A program made the position numbers and the translations under genes. The notes beneath the pieces were generated by a model. The model had not been told where the DNA came from, did not search any database, and saw only the letters and a program-made list of their open reading frames with translations. A stretch of 64,000 nucleotides of DNA from an uncultured Eggerthellaceae bacterium (lineage in GTDB: Bacteria > Actinomycetota > Coriobacteriia > Coriobacteriales > Eggerthellaceae). The stretch spans positions 9,254 through 73,253 of the forward strand of contig CANOHY010000004.1 of NCBI GenBank assembly GCA_947565915.1, read 5' to 3'. Shown in pieces: positions 63,274-64,000 of the stretch (positions within the stretch are counted from its first letter, which is position 1; each line of letters begins with the position of its first letter).

Positions 63274-64000
63274 CTAGATCCCTGCCTTCATGACCTCGAT
63301 GAGATGATCGGTGAACTCCGTGCACGACACAGGCGGTTCGCTTGAGCCCGTCGCCCAGCGAATGTCGGCAGTCAGGAAGATGCCCTCTTCATAAACCTCG
63401 CGAATGGCCTTGCGAATGCGGTTGGCTGCTTCGTCTTCGCGAAGATGATCGAGCATCATGGCTGCTGAGAGTATCTGCGCTGTGGGGTTCGCCTTGTTCT
63501 GCCCGGCGATGTCGGGCGCCGCACCATGCACCGCTTCGAATACTGCGTATTCCGACCCGATGTTGGCTCCCGGCGCAATGCCAAGGCCACCCACGAGCCC
63601 CGCACAAAGGTCGCTTGCGATATCGCCATACAGGTTCGGCAGCACCACCACGTCGAACTGCGTTGGGTCCACTACCAGGTTCATGCAGAACGCATCGACG
63701 ATCTTGTCGTCGAAGGCCACCACGTTGCGATACCGCTCGGCCACCTCGCGCGCTTCGCGCAGGAACAGGCCATCGGAGTGCTTCATGATGTTCGCCTTGT
63801 GCACAGCGGTCACTTTCTTGCGCCCATGCGAAAGCGCGTAGTCAAACGCCCATTTCACGATGCGTCGCGAACCACTTACGGATATCGCCTTGATGGAGAT
63901 TCCCGAGTCGGGGCGAACCGTGCCCGCGCCCATCTCCTCGCAAAGCTCGATGATGCGCTCAGCCTCCGGCGTGCCCTCTTCGAATTCCACCCCGGCGTAA
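63274..64000 (-). CDS. isocitrate/isopropylmalate dehydrogenase family protein, C-terminal part (likely NAD-dependent isocitrate dehydrogenase; N-terminus beyond window end)
   Basis: It has NLYGDIASDLCAGLVGGLGIAPGANIG and HGAAPDIAGQNKANP motifs. It sits immediately upstream of acnA, and its stop is 2 nt before the acnA ATG. Confidence 0.8.
   Translation of the reverse strand, partial: YAGVEFEEGTPEAERIIELCEEMGAGTVRPDSGISIKAISVSGSRRIVKWAFDYALSHGRKKVTAVHKANIMKHSDGLFLREAREVAERYRNVVAFDDKIVDAFCMNLVVDPTQFDVVVLPNLYGDIASDLCAGLVGGLGIAPGANIGSEYAVFEAVHGAAPDIAGQNKANPTAQILSAAMMLDHLREDEAANRIRKAIREVYEEGIFLTADIRWATGSSEPPVSCTEFTDHLIEVMKAGI

Overview
High-GC bacterial chromosomal window. Hand counts on single 60-nt lines gave about 60-68% G+C in typical coding stretches. 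Gene content and codon style look like a Coriobacteriia/Eggerthellaceae-type actinobacterium, but that is inference only and no search was possible. I can support about 50 protein genes and saw no rRNA, tRNA, CRISPR array, transposase or integrase.

Most of the window is housekeeping:
- the end of a glycerol/lipid operon (glpK, lipase, two flavoproteins)
- a Tat-exported group-1-type [NiFe] hydrogenase (small subunit, large subunit, cytochrome b, maturation protease), with hypF-hypC-hypD 35 kb away
- larE-like, radical SAM, GtrA and acyl-CoA ligase genes
- queF plus a queuosine-precursor transporter preceded by a clear preQ1-I riboswitch
- purC and purB, an OmpR/HisKA two-component pair, and two Trk/Ktr RCK subunits
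- cytochrome bd (cydAB) followed by three membrane/CBS genes
- pgi, rplJ-rplL with a leader/attenuator, and acnA-icd

The one clearly accessory locus is a 9.8-kb RHS/YD-repeat polymorphic toxin gene (29911-39681, minus strand). It starts with an unusual polytopic membrane domain. It ends in a 284-aa glycine-zipper-rich C-terminal domain that matches no family I recognise. A small membrane ORF overlaps its stop codon and is a candidate immunity gene.

The second notable signal is a 142-nt intergenic element present twice in inverted orientation (5916-6057 and 45733-45874). Its two hairpins are conserved, and one is maintained by compensatory base changes. Several other intergenic regions carry long inverted or direct repeats.

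Limits: all calls come from reading the ORF track and hand translation. Start codons were refined by eye from RBS and neighbouring stops, and line coordinates were cross-checked against ORF-track ends. Family names are from memory, not from searches.
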